Positions 39,383 to 53,408 of a stretch of 64,000 nucleotides of DNA are shown here, in pieces. How positions within the stretch are numbered: the first letter of the stretch is position 1; each line of letters starts with the position of its first letter. The stretch comes from Octopus bimaculoides (Eukaryota): assembly GCF_001194135.2 (NCBI RefSeq), contig NC_068982.1, forward strand, positions 48,353,632 to 48,417,631. Direction: 5' to 3'. The notes beneath the pieces are model-generated. The model saw nothing but the letters and a program-made list of their open reading frames with translations. It was not told the DNA's origin and ran no database searches. The position numbers and the translations under genes are program-made.

Positions 39383-42300
39383 GAAGCAAAGATGAAAAGA
39401 GAGGAAAAAGAATCAACCTTATTGACTGGTACTGTCTTTATTGACCATGAAAAGATATAAAGCCAAGTTGACTTCAGAGGGATTTGAATTCAGACTACAA
39501 ACAACTGGAATGATAACCACAACTTACTGCTTACTTTGCCAGCTGCATCCTAAACATGCTATTCAGCTGATTGGCAATTATTAGATTACTAGCATGATAT
39601 AACTGATTCACAAACAGACTGTTTCTTTTCTTTGGCTCTTATAAGGATACTATTACAATCACTATTTCCCTCAAGTTAGTGCTGCCATTCTCCTCTAAGC
39701 ACAAGTTCTTTAATGCAACTATCTAACTCTTCCTCTTACCAATCTTATTGTCGTCACCTCCCTTGAGATCATAAACATTTTACCAAGTTTTCCATCATAG
39801 ACTTATAGTCCTCTGAACTTCCAGACACAATTTTTCTTCAGCATCATACACAGATATTCAAACTGAACACAACCTCATCAATCTTACAAGACTGAGAAAG
39901 CATACAAAAGTCACAGCTACTGCTTTCTTACTAATAAAAAGAACAAAAATCCAAAAGAAACTGAATCATAAACATTAAAAAATATTACGAAGATGTACAT
40001 AATTTGTTTCGTCTACATAATTTTGTAATAATCTTGTGTTAATTAATTTTCAAGTAATTAATTATGTATCAATAGCACTTAGGGCATTCCAATAAAAATA
40101 TAATTAGGCTCCACATTTCTTAAATACTGTTTGGTCATCTAGCATTTAATATTGCTGTTTTAGGAAAAAGACATTTCCTGGCTTTTGTTGTTGCTATTTT
40201 TTGGTTGAATTTTAGTTTATTGATTTTGTTTTCTATATTTCAGGTTTTTTTTCCCTTTCCTATATAAAAAAAAAACGATATTTTGTAAAACAACATTAGA
40301 AATACTTCATGACATGGAAAAAAAATCCCTTTAACATCTAGGCATCAAATAAGTTGCTGATTTATCATAAAAAAAAAGAATCACTAATTATTTTATAATT
40401 TTGTAGTATTTTTTGGAAAGTTCTATTGCTAACCATTTGACATCTCTAATTTCCTGGCAGTTTCTTAGCATACCAAATTTAAAATTATATGAATATTTCT
40501 TCAACTAGGCAATTAACTAAAAGTCCAAGTTTTCTGACCCATCATACATGCAATTTAAAGAAAAAACAACTTGCAGAACAATATTATACAATATGTTATG
40601 TTGGAATTATTTTCTGAAGTAATATATTAGTTTCTAATTTTGGCACAAGGCCAGATATTTAGGGGGTGGGGCTAAGTCGATTAGACTGACCACAGTGCTC
40701 AACTGGTACTTATTTTATTGACTCCAAAAGGATGAAAAGCAAAGTCGTCCTCACCCCACAGCAGCATTTGAATTCAGGATGTAAAGACAGATGAAATACC
40801 ACTAGGCACTTTGCCCAGCATGCTAATGATTCTGCCAGCTTGCTGCCTTATTTCTAAGATATATTACAAAAGGAGCAAGATGGTCAGCTAGCAGAATCGT
40901 TAGTATGTTGGACAAAATACTGCTAAGCATTTTGTCCATCCTTACATTCTGAGGTCAATTTGCCTTTCATCATTCCAGGGTTGATGAAATAAATACCAGT
41001 TAAGAACTGGGGTCAATGAAATCAACAAGCTCCCTCCCACAAAATTTCAGGCCTTGTGCCTATAGAAGAATAGAAGAGTATATTACAAGAGGAGATCCTG
41101 TTCACTACTATTACTACAGTAATATTTCTAAATAAGGTACAAAGCCAGAAGTTTGTGGGGAGAAGTAAGTTGATTACAAAGACTTCAGTATATAATTGGT
41201 GCTATATTTTATCAACTGGAAATGAACAACATCTCTTGTTTGACAGCTGTACTTGTTTACAATCATTACAATCATTAAACGATACAAGATAAGATGTCCT
41301 TCTGTCTTTAAGATGGTAGAATGTGATTTGAGGATGGTTGAGCAGCAAAATAGAAACCTTGTCAGATGCACGTATGTATGAGATAAGTGAAGTATATAAT
41401 GTATGAATATTAAGATCAGTGGGCAACAGCTTTCTCCAGTTGAACAACAATGAATACATATGAAGAAGAAATGACATGTTTCATTGGCATTGAAATTGAA
41501 GTTTGAGCCTATCTTGTCTAATGGGCAGAGTTAAAGAAATTTTATGAAGGAACTGACAAATATAATGCTGTGTGTTGAAGATAAACAGAAAAATATTCAA
41601 GACAGGAGTGAGCACTGGTTGGTTTGTTTTTGTTGTTTAGCCTCAAGTCAATTCCGATAGGGATGACCTCTTGTCAAAAGACATCCTAATTCTGACCATC
41701 CAAAGTACAGTGCACACATGACAACATTATCCAAAGTATCATTTTTCAAGACGGTAGAGTGTGTTTTCATATATATTTCACTCTATTTCTAGCAAGTTCA
41801 GCCATCATGTAGAAAACCTCTCTCTTTCTCTCTCCCTCTCATTGGTCAGTATGTTTGTTTTTGTTATTGTTATTTAGCAGTAAGTCACCTCTGAATAGGC
41901 TTATGCTCAAGAGCATTCCACCTATGATCAATCCATCTTTTTCCAATGGACAAGGAATTCAAGACTGTACTACCAAATGGATAAGGAGTGTAATTTGAGG
42001 AATATTTGGCTATTATTTCTAGCACTTTAAGCAACTATGAAGCTGTCTCACTAGTCAGTATGTTTCTGGTATAAAAAAAAATGGAAAGGTGGCTCCTGTA
42101 GATAACTATAGATATATGAAGGAAGTTGATAGATACATTTGAGATAATGAAGGTGAATTCTAATATAGAGTACAGCTTACAAACGAGATAAATAGGATGA
42201 GTTTCGTTTTCTGGGCCAAACGTTACTTCCGTATTAAACAATGGTTATCTATTTACAAAGTCCAGATATGGCCTACACCAAAGATTAGAGCTCACATATC

Positions 42301-42575
42301 TTAAACAGTGTATTTACTACATTAAGTTCACACATATACACACATAAACCAATTAGAGAGCCTTTACGTGGTCATGTAACATATCAGAAATAGTATCCAA
42401 CTTTCCCTCCAATTACAAAAATCTCTCTCAAAAATCATACACTTTTTTTCTCTAATCTTATGCCATGCTCACAGGCATCATCAGTCAGCAATCTCCATGC
42501 ACTCCTTTAGAGTCTGAAAATTCATAAATTTTCTTGCAAAAGATAAAGCAGTGGTTTCCTATTACATTCAGTCAG

Positions 42576-42806
42576 TTAACTCTTTAGCATTTAAACTGGC
42601 CATATCTGGCCCAAATATTATGCCCTATTTTAATATTCAAACCAGCCAAATCTGCCCTCTCACACCTACACTACAATACCAGTCTAAAAATGAACAATCA
42701 CATCACTGAAATCTCAAAGCTATTTGTTAATGCATGAATAATTAAAAACAATGTGAATAAATAAGCATTACATTTGACAGAATAATCTGAATGCTAAAAA
42801 GGTTAA
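42576..42806. mobile_element. piggyBac-type MITE, second copy
   Basis: TTAACTCTTTAGCATT...GAATGCTAAAAAGGTTAA; shares AAAACAATGTGAATAAATAAGCATTACA with the 33.5-kb copy. Confidence 0.65.
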
Positions 42807-44138
42807 TTTACAGTTTATTCTGTTAGTATCTTGCTGTCATAACCTTCATGGGACATCTGGGCTAATTGACCAGCCCATGTGATACAAGCTGGAAAGAGTT
42901 TGAGGCTGATCCATCAGCCCAATGAAACAGACATTTTGAAGTGTAAAAGCCAATCATAGATTGTCTTTCAATAGATATAATATAAAACTATATAAGATAT
43001 ATATAGTTTTACATACTAATACAATTTTGGGCACTTTATCCTTTGCTTTTTACATACACCCATCATTTTCAATCCCTCCAGAAAAAAAACATTTTGGTCT
43101 TTTTGGTTACCAAAACATTGTCTCAAAAAGGTTAAGCTAAACTTTATGACACAAGACCTAAGTAACCCTTAGACAAGAGGACTGGTTCACATTACATCAG
43201 AGCATATCCATGCATGGTGGACCTATGTGATACATGTCTAGTGGGTCAGCCCTTCTCTAAGTCCTATATGCCTTAGCTACAGAACTATCTTCTGCTACTT
43301 GGCTCCTTATAGAGGTCCCTAATTGATACTATCGTGCCAGATCAGAACAGGCCTAGGAAACTAAGGGGTAACTCCATACTTCCTAAAACATTTGAATTCC
43401 CAGGCTGGAGCCTCACTACCAAAAGCAGTTTAATGTTGCACTCTGCTATCTTGAAAAAGGTCATGTTGGAATGTGTAACCTTGGGTGTCTTGTATGTAAG
43501 GAAAAGATGGAATACCTTAGAATTAACCAATTCTATATACCTTACAACTAATAGGTTGGCTATTATATTGGTAAAGTAGAAAAATCTTAATTATAATTAT
43601 GGTAAAATAAATTGTTTTGATTTAAAGAAAATGAGGTATAATATTAAAATGAATACTGTGGTATTTAACACATCATCATCATCGTTTAACGTCCGCTTTC
43701 CATGCTAGCATGGGTTGGACGATTTGACTGAGGACTGGTGAAACCAGATGGCTACACCAGGCTCCAATCTGATTTGGCAGAGTTTCTACAGCTGGATGCC
43801 CTTCCGAATGCCAATCACTCAGAGAGTGTAGTGGGTGCTTTTATGTGTCACCCGCACAAAGGCCAGTCAGGCAGTACTGGCAACAGCCACGCTCAAAATG
43901 GTGTATTATATTAATTAATGTTATATATATCTTTTTTCTTTTACTTATATCAGTCATTGGACTGCAGCCATGCTGGAGCACTGGAAAGGTTTTTAATCAA
44001 ACAAATTAATTTCAGTCTGGTACTCATTCTATAGTTATTTTTTGCTGAACCTTTAAGTTATGGGGATATAAACATACCAACATTGGTTGTCAAGCAATTG
44101 AGGGACAGACACAAACACACAAACATACAAACACACAT

Positions 44139-44179
<41 letters not shown>

Positions 44180-45469
44180 GGGCTTCTTTCAGTTTCCATC
44201 GACTAAATCCATTCACAAGGCTTTGGTCAGTTTTGCCCAAGGTGTCATGCAGTAGGATTGAACATGAAATCATTTGATTGGAAAGCAAATCCCTTATCAC
44301 ACAATCATACCTGTGCTTATATATGTGTGTGAATGTGTGTGTGAGTGTGCACGTGTGGAGTTAAGTTTGTAGCCATACTTCACATATATTAAACAATACA
44401 CATAGCTTTCATCCAATAATCATTTCTGTGCCACACCTTACAGAACTGTATCTGATTGGAAATCTATGACACATAGTATAGGGTATAACTGTCAATAAAT
44501 CAGACAGATAATAGAGGTTGGGTTTCATTTTCTAAGTCAAACATTAATTACTTCTGTACTAATAGTGGTTATCTGTTTCCAAAGTCCAAATATGGGCCTA
44601 TTCCATTCAAATACCAATCTTCAAACATATGATGAACAGAACATTAATATAAACTTCTCAAATCTTACAAAATTATTTGTATTTCCCTGTTGTTGTTGAA
44701 CCTGAAATCAACCCTGACTGACCAGATCTATGATCAAAGGTGTCACATCTCTGACCATGACCATTCCATCATCTTTTGTTTATCAAAGACTACATAAACT
44801 CTTTTGTTATAAAATTTCATTTGAAATATACTTGTCTTGTTTCAGTTAATTTTGAAAATAAAGAAACATTTTGAAAAATACTTTGTTTCTTATTAATCCA
44901 GTGTTTGGAACACAAATTAACATGAAATTTCAATGGAAGGTTTTAATTTAAATCACTTTAAAACAGAAAGTTTATATCATACAACTAGGGAGTGATCTCA
45001 AGCAGGTTGGTGTCAAAAAGGATGAGAATATGTTGTTGCTTTTCCAAAACACTAGAATATGATTTGAGAGAGATTTAACTACTATTTTTAGTATGTTAAG
45101 TGACCATGTAGTGGCTTCCTCATTGGCATGTGACCTTGAAGTATATCTGGATGGAAAAAGACTATGAACATTATATCTTATATTCACGATAATATATTTT
45201 TTTATTTGTTTCAGCCATTAGACAGTGGCCATGCTGGAGCACCACCTTGAAGAACTTTTAGTTGAATGAATTGACCCCAGTACCTATATTTTGTTAAGCC
45301 TGGCACCTATTCTATTGGTCTCTTTTTGCCAAACTGCTAAGTTACGAGGATGTAAACACACCAATATTGGTCATCATGTGGCAGTGAGTTACAAATACAG
45401 ANNNNNNNNNNNNNNNNNNNNNNNNNNNNNNNNNNNNNNNNNNNNNNNNNNNNNNNNNNNNNNNNNNNN

Positions 45470-45510
<41 letters not shown>

Positions 45511-45639
45511 GTGGCGACTGAATTGTCGTCTAAATTACACAACTGAAAATAACATTGCCATCTCATTTTAACAGATATATTTATGAAAATTGCATAAAAT
45601 ATCTTGAAATACTAAAGAGTAAATTTATTCAATAAGACT

Positions 45640-46620
45640 GCAATTGGCTTCAGCCATGGCCTCCAGATGACTTTGGAATGGTCTTCTGGATGGTCTCCTT
45701 GTTTAAGTTGGTGAATCCTGCCATAATACTTTCTTTCAGTTCATTTTTGGTGTTACAAGGAGTTTTATTGGTCTCTCACTTAACTGCACTCTACACATAA
45801 TAGTTAAGAGAGTTGCAGTCTGGGGAGATGTGGTCGCAGAAATTGTCTGACAGACATGACTGGGTTCTCCTGCTTGTGTTGCATGGTGCAGAGTCCTGTT
45901 GTCATAGATTGGGTCTTCCAGCAGCCACAATCTTGACCCAGGGCTGCACTACCTCCTCCAGGCACTTGACGTAGGCCTCTGTATTGATTCTGAGGCTGTA
46001 TGGGAAGACAAATGGAGACATAACATCGCCATCACTAGTGATCACTCCGTTTCATTTTTATCACTCTTGGTACATGTTTTGGGGACATGGAAAGCCAACG
46101 GTTGTTCTGTGTGTTCACCACCAGATCCTGGCAGAAATTTTTCTTGTCTGAGAAAAACCAAAGCATGTTCGGTTGGAGGGGATACTTGAGTTTGTTCAAA
46201 AGCTTCGTAGTGCGGTCTTCACTCTTTTCCTTGATAGCTTGGGATAAAAAATAGCCCTTTCTCATCTTGTGTGAGGAATACTGAATGTCTTCATGCACTA
46301 CCTGCCTGATAAGAATCTCAAACACTCCCATGTCCCTGGTAAGGGACCTGATTGACTTGGAAGGATCGTTGTCAATCATGTCCTGGATCCCACAAACAAA
46401 TTCAGGGGTTCTTTTCTTATCAAAACCATCAGAGTGAGTTTTCCAAGCTGCAGGACCTTCGTCATCACCATTAGACTCATCCATCTGTTTCCGAATCCTC
46501 TGCACTGTCCTCAAATCGACACCCAAATACTCTGAAATGTTCGTTTTGGAGCTTCCAGCATGAATTCCAAGCAGTACAGCTTGTTGTTTCCAAATTTCTG
46601 GCAGAGAGAATTGTGTCATG
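45640..46620 (-). mobile_element. Second decayed maT/DD37D-like Tc1/mariner transposon
   Basis: ORF 46035-46619 has an HTH region and WFFSDKKNF...NTQNNRW. Further downstream QQDSAPC...SPDCNSLNYYV appears with stops and a deletion. Confidence 0.88.
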
Positions 46621-46699
46621 GTGCTGTTTTTCTCACTGACCCTACTTTATATTATTTACATTATTTACATTTGATGGATATTTGTTCTCATCTTGTTTG

Positions 46700-46750
46700 T
46701 TGTTAATTCAGTGTTTCAGCTGATACACCCTCCAACCTTCATCAGGTAGC
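46700..46750 (-). ncRNA. Hammerhead-like core of a second family
   Basis: CCTGATGA-A-GGTTG...CAGCT-GAAAC with a pairable stem II; cleavage triplet and stem I not recognisable. Confidence 0.4.
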
Positions 46751-46832
46751 TTGAGGAAATTTCAAACCTGGGTTCTCACTCCTAAGGTATTTTTCGATGT
46801 TGTTGTTGTTATTATTATTATTATTATTATTT

Positions 46833-46975
46833 AGGTCACTGCCTGGAATCGAACTCGGAATCTTGGTTTTAGTAGCCCACACTTTTAACCACTACGCCAC
46901 GGACATATGGTATAGTGGTTAAGAGTACGGGCTACTAACCCCAAGATTCCGAGTTCGATTCCAGGCAGTGGCCTG
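46833..46975. repeat. Head-to-head palindrome of two tRNA-like units
   Basis: 46833-46899 is the reverse complement of 46908-46975; each unit has A-box-like TGGTATAGTGG/TGGCGTAGTGG and B-box GAGTTCGATTCC. Confidence 0.85.
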
Positions 46976-47678
46976 AATAATAANNNNNNNNNNNNNNNNN
47001 NNNNNNNNNNNNNNNNNNNNNNNNNNNNNNNNNNNNNNNNNNNNNNNNNNNNNNNNNNNNNNNNNNNNNNNNNNNNNNNNNNNNNNNNNNNNNNNNNNNN
47101 NNNNNNNNNNNNNNNNNNNNNNNNNNNNNNNNNNNNNNNNNNNNNNNNNNNNNNNNNNNNNNNNNNNNNNNNNNNNNNNNNNNNNNNNNNNNNNNNNNNN
47201 NNNNNNNNNNNNNNNNNNNNNNNNNNNNNNNNNNNNNNNNNNNNNNNNNNNNNNNNNNNNNNNNNNNNNNNNNNNNNNNNNNNNNNNNNNNNNNNNNNNN
47301 NNNNNNNNNNNNNNNNNNNNNNNNNNNNNNNNNNNNNNNNNNNNNNNNNNNNNNNNNNNNNNNNNNNNNNNNNNNNNNNNNNNNNNNNNNNNNNNNNNNN
47401 NNNNNNNNNNNNNNNNNNNNNNNNNNNNNNNNNNNNNNNNNNNNNNNNNNNNNNNNNNNNNNNNNNNNNNNNNNNNNNNNNNNNNNNNNNNNNNNNNNNN
47501 NNNNNNNNNNNNNNNNNNNNNNNNNNNNNNNNNNNNNNNNNNNNNNNNNNNNNNNNNNNNNNNNNNNNNNNNNNNNNNNNNNNNNNNNNNNNNNNNNNNN
47601 NNNNNNNNNNNNNNNNNNNNNNNNNNNNNNNNNNNNNNNNNNNNNNNNNNNNNNNNNNNNNNNNNNNNNNNNNNNNNN

Positions 47679-48069
47679 TCGATTCCCAGACCGGGCGTTG
47701 TGAGTGTTTATTGAGCGAAAACACCTAAAGCTCCACGAGGCTCCGGCAGGAGATGGTGGCGAACCCTGCTGTACTCTTTCACCACAACTTTCTCTTACTT
47801 TTACTTGCTGTTTCTGTTGTGCTTGTAATTCAAAGGGCCAGCCTTGTCACGCTGAATATCCCCGAGAACTACGTTAAGGGTACACATGTCTGTGGAGTGC
47901 TCAGCCACTTGCATGTTAATTTCACGAGCAGGCTGTTCTGTTGATNNNNNNNNNNGTACACATGTCTGTGGAGTGCTCAGCCACTTGCATGTTAATTTCA
48001 CGAGCAGGCTGTTCTGTTGATTGGATCAACTTGAGCCCTCGACGTCATAAGCGACGGAGTGCCAACAAC
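47679..48069 (+). mobile_element. tRNA-derived SINE (family D), 5' end in gap
   Basis: High identity to 15898-16208. Confidence 0.85.
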
Positions 48070-48180
48070 AAATCTAACATGTAGATATTTGTAGTTCCTA
48101 TTAGCATGTAATGGAGAATAGATAATACCAAAATGTTTCTACTTTCCTGTTTTGTTATACACACACACACACACACACAC

Positions 48181-48218
<38 letters not shown>

Positions 48219-49243
48219 CAGATGGATGGATGAATAGATAGTTAGATAGATGGATGGATGGATGGATATACATACACAATGAGCTTTTACAGTTACCATC
48301 AACCAAATTCATACATGATGCAATGGTCTATGGTATATGACACTTGCCAAGATTCCACATGGTCAGATTTAAAATGAACTTCTTAAACATGCAGTAATAC
48401 CTGTGCATATATGAAGGCATGAATTTTTTCATGGTGGAAAAAATTTATGAAATTAAATTTAATATATCTGTAAAGTTATTAAATCATAATGATGCAAAGC
48501 TGTCAATTTTCTTTACAAACAGCCAGAATGTATTATATTTGCATTTATTTCTATCAGGATATAGAATTACATAAGATTTCAAAATTATTTAATAATATTG
48601 GAGACAGGTGAATGAAAAAATAGATTTAATTCCAAAGAATTTTGAGATAGTTGAAGCTTATTTTTATCTTCTTTTAGCAGGCAATCGCATATATGAGAAA
48701 AAGTATATCTAAGTATTAAGAATTATGTATAGAAGAATAGATAAGTATTAGAAAACATGAATGTGAGGGTATATGAAAAGTAATAATTGTGGCTTTAAGT
48801 ATAAACAGCATTAGAGATTGCTAATATAAGTGTATGTATGTATGTATGCATTTGTATATATGTATGTGCTATGTGTGTGTGTGTTGGCACACACACACAG
48901 AGACACACACACAACGTTTTATTATAAGGATTCATAAAAATCAAGGTACATCAACTCATACAATGCCAGGAATATATANNNNNNNNNNNNNNNNNNNNNN
49001 NNNNNNNNNNNNNNNNNNNNNNNNNNNNNNNNNNNNNNNNNNNNNNNNNNNNNNNNNNNNNNNNNNNNNNNNNNNNNNNNNNNNNNNNNNNNNNNNNNNN
49101 NNNNNNNNNNNNNNNNNNNNNNNNNNNNNNNNNNNNTATATATATGCATACATATATATACATACATATGTATTTATAAATATATATATATGTATATATA
49201 ATATATAAAATCAAAATAAGCAACAAGGATATTCAAAGTTAAT

Positions 49244-49329
49244 GCAGTATGATTGTTTCATGCAACTCCATTTATTTAAGCAATGTGAGCATTACATTAA
49301 ATGTAAAATGCAGAGCAATCTTCAGCTGC
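49244..49329 (-). ncRNA. Type I hammerhead ribozyme-like motif, same family
   Basis: GCAG-CTGAAGA-[stem II]-GAAAC-AATC-ATA-CTGC; perfect stem I GCAG/CTGC and intact cores; stem III eroded. Confidence 0.55.
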
Positions 49330-52300
49330 ACGAAGATACAGAAAATTTACTGAAATTTCATTTCAGTAGAAGGACATATTATTGCAACTACATTTAAACA
49401 ATCCAAGTGGGAAGGAAGAATACAAAAAACCATTTTGACTTAGCCAGATCAAACAGTCTAGCCTGTATTGAAAAAATAGATTGTATTGTCCTTGCCTTCG
49501 AAACGCGGAGTAGATGGATCAGGGACAACTGACGAAGGGGTATACTCCTTATGTTGCATGTCTCGTTTCTCTGTTTTGTTTTTTTCGTTGTTCAAAAAAA
49601 GTTTGTCTTCTGTTTTCGTCTTTGTTTTCGTTTCTCATTGTGTTTAACGTTTTTTTGATGTCCTGTACCCATATATGCATGTATGTATACATATAGATGT
49701 AGGTATGTACATATATGTATGGATATATGCATATATTTATATATTATTTATATTATATATTATGAAATGTGGCTACAAGTGTATATAGGTTTTAAAGATT
49801 GTGAGTATACATATCAAGGATTGTGGATTTAAATATAGTGAAGATATTAAGGGCCAGCCTATTGGCTGAAAGGTCAAAAGATTGCATTTTGTGAACAGTG
49901 TAAGACTTTATTCTTCCACCACCCTATCAAAAACTCTTACTCTGAATGGCCCTCCCTGATTTTACACAAACAAATTCACAGAGACATACAATCCATTGCT
50001 GTGAGACAGGAGCAGTACAATATGTTCATGAAGTGTTTTATTGGTTTACAAAAAATTCAGTTCCCATGGTAATGTATTCTTTCATGATACCCCATCACTC
50101 TCTCCACAATTTGATGTCCAACATCTTGACAATTTCCTGGATTACCCACCTTTTTACCTATTGTCGGTATCGACTATACATCAAGGCTATAAATCTCACA
50201 AGTGTGTATTCTACAACAGGCAGTGGGGTACAACTATTGTAATTTTTCATTATAACTTTTCCTATTATTTTTGTAACTTACTATATACTGTTGTTGATAT
50301 AAATGTATAAATGTGTTTGTAATGATTTTCTGCTTATATATGTGCATATGTGTGAGTGGTGCATGTGCATTTGAAATAGTTATTAAATGAGCATTTGTGC
50401 AATATTTATGTATACATATTCAGTATGCATGCATAATGTGAATGCATGTGTAATAATCAAGTAAAGTTTATAGCTGTAACAGATTATGCAACATGTGAAT
50501 GCATTAAACTGTATCAGAGGAGCATGTAATGTGCCTGCTTGTGTGTTTATGTAACTTGATACGTTGGTTCTTCTCTCAACTAGTGGAACAAAACCGATTT
50601 CTTCTATGGTTAAACTATAATCTTCTCAACGATTAACTTGAGACTAATGACCTGTGCAAATTACAAGTGACCTTCGAATACTGATTATGGTGGGTGTTAC
50701 GGAGAGATATCATGATGGACTCTTGGAGATTTACCACTAGAATGAAGGAGTAGGGGTAGAAAATCATGTGCAGAAAGTGAAAGGCATAAAGAGAATATAT
50801 TTCAGCACATTAAATGTCAATTCATCTGATATTAATTAGATAAGCAGTCATTTGATTCCAATACAATATAACATGCAAGAGACAGATTGTTTTATGGCTT
50901 TGTATGAAACAGTTTGAGGCACTTTTAGAATTAGGTGATTTATTACATTTCAGATTGCCAAGGATTCTGTTTGAATTACATGGTTCCTAACTTAAAGATT
51001 TCCATTCATTTTATACAAGGTAAGGAAAATTTCTCATGAATTTTATGAGTTAAATAAAATAAACAAATAAACCATTAGAAACTTTGGTTAGGCTTCAAGA
51101 GAGAGATTTAGTCGACCAAGGGAATATTAAATTTCAACTTTATCTCTCTTTGATTCAATTAGTAAAATTTGAAAATGAAATAAGTTATTATATTCTTCAA
51201 ACTTCACCAAACAAAAGAACTTTACATATTATTAAAACAATTAAAAATTTTCCATTTCTCCACCATGCTCAAACTTCAATATTTCTATTTTATGGTACCA
51301 GCTAAAATTATGCAAGATAAGAACAACAGTTTTACAGCAGTAATTTGGGAGTAGATAATAAGTAGAAGACTACTTTAAATTATTTTATTTTAAAACCTGG
51401 TTCAAAGAAGACTATCACAGTTCTTTAATTTTGTTTTGGATTTGTGTTTAATACTTCCATCATTAATAAAATAAATGTCAGTTTATATACAGAGTTTGAT
51501 TTAACTGACTATACTTTTTAAAAATGTGTTCCAGGTACTTGGACAATATAGATTGGTACAAAGTAAAGCAAAAAGCAGTGTCATTGTTTTATGTGCAAAA
51601 GAACTGACCTTGGTGAGATAAAGGAGGTAGGGCCAGTGTTAATGCATAGTTCCCATAACCTCAGGTATTGCAAACAACTGACACAAGCAGAATGATTGAG
51701 CATCTTTTGGTAAAGTAGCCTCAAGCTAACAAGGCATTATCAGAGCCAATAGGTAGAACGCCAGCAGTTTGGCTGAGGAGGCAGCAGAAGATGTCTTAAG
51801 GTGGCAGCAGAAGATGTCTTAAGGTGGCTATGAATCAAGAGGTGTGAGCCCGAGAAGAAGTGCAATCAGGGTAAGTGCCAACTAGACACAAGTTAGGGCT
51901 TGGTCAACCATCGATGGATCACTTTGGTGAGGGTGTCTGATATTGAAAGACTCAAAACAGTTATTGATTCCAGGAAATATCTCTGATGGTGTGGCCATGT
52001 GCATCACAAAATGATGTATGGTAAAACTACATCAGATTTTGGATGCCCTTTCTGATACTAAATGCTGGATCATAACAGAGGAAAACACATAACAGTAATG
52101 AAATTGGTATATTGACAGTTCTTTACATTGTGAATACACACAAAGAGAAATTCTGTTTATGAAGTACTATAAAGTGACAAAATTTATCTTTCATCTCCCA
52201 AACACAGAAAATGATGCAAAGTGTGAGGCTTACTATGAAGATATAGTTAATTGCTGGTTTCTCAAATACAGAAATGTCAAAAATATTGGTTGTTAGGAAG

Positions 52301-53272
52301 ATGATGAGAAGGGAAAATTAATAAATATAATCAAATAAAATAAACTTTGGTTTCAAATTTTGACACAAGGCAAGCAATTTTGGGGGAAGGGTAAGTAAAT
52401 CATATTGACACCAGGGCTCAACTGGTACTTATTTTATTAACCCCGAAAGGATGAAAGGCAAAGTTGACCTCAGTTGAATTTGAACTCAGAATGTAAAGAC
52501 AAATGACATGATTTCTAAGCATTTTGCCCAGCAGGCTAATGATTCTGCCAGCTTGCCATCCTGTAAATAAAATGGATACTATTAAATATAAATAATTTCC
52601 TAATATTTCATTCTATATTTTGAATTCATTGTGTAACAACAAAGACTGATTTCAAATGCAATTAAATATAAGTTGTTTAAACACAATTCTTTGCTCTGAG
52701 AAACTGATTGCTGGCACTGCATGATATGAAATTACAGGATTTGAAATTGTCTTTTGAAGGTGAAAAATGATATAAAAAATATTTTAACTGCTATTGAATA
52801 AGCCTTTCATCCATTATCTATGATAATGTTATTTTGGATGTTNNNNNNNNNNNNNNNNNNNNNNNNNNNNNNNNNNNNNNNNNNNNNNNNNNNNNNNNNN
52901 NNNNNNNNNNNNNNNNNNNNNNNNNNNNNNNNNNNNNNNNNNNNNNNNNNNNNNNNNNNNNNNNNNNNNNNNNNNNNNNNNNNNNNNNNNNNNNNNNNNN
53001 NNNNNNNNNNNNNNNNNNNNNNNNNNNNNNNNNNNNNNNNNNNNNNNNNNNNNNNNNNNNNNNNNNNNNNNNNNNNNNNNNNNNNNNNNNNNNNNNNNNN
53101 NNNNNNNNNNNNNNNNNNNNNNNNNNNNNNNNNNNNNNNNNNNNNNNNNNNNNNNNNNNNNNNNNNNNNNNNNNNNNNNNNNNNNNNNNNNNNNNNNNNN
53201 NNNNNNNNNNNNNNNNNNNNNNNNNNNNNNNNNNNNNNNNNNNNNNNNNNNNNNNNNNNNNNNNNNNNNNNN

Positions 53273-53329
<57 letters not shown>

Positions 53330-53408
53330 CATACATATATAGACTGTGGCCAATATATATATATACATATATTCAAGAAAAAAATAAATAGTAAAATAAA
53401 ATTCTTAC

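Noticed and set aside
46908-46975. Possible tRNA-Ser(ACT) gene
   Set aside because: No long variable arm or proper acceptor stem, and it is duplicated as a palindrome; treated as a tRNA-derived repeat.
47878-48020. Tandem duplication of ~65 bp around a 10-N gap
   Set aside because: Typical unmerged contig overlap; the intact SINE copy at 15840-16208 has the segment once.
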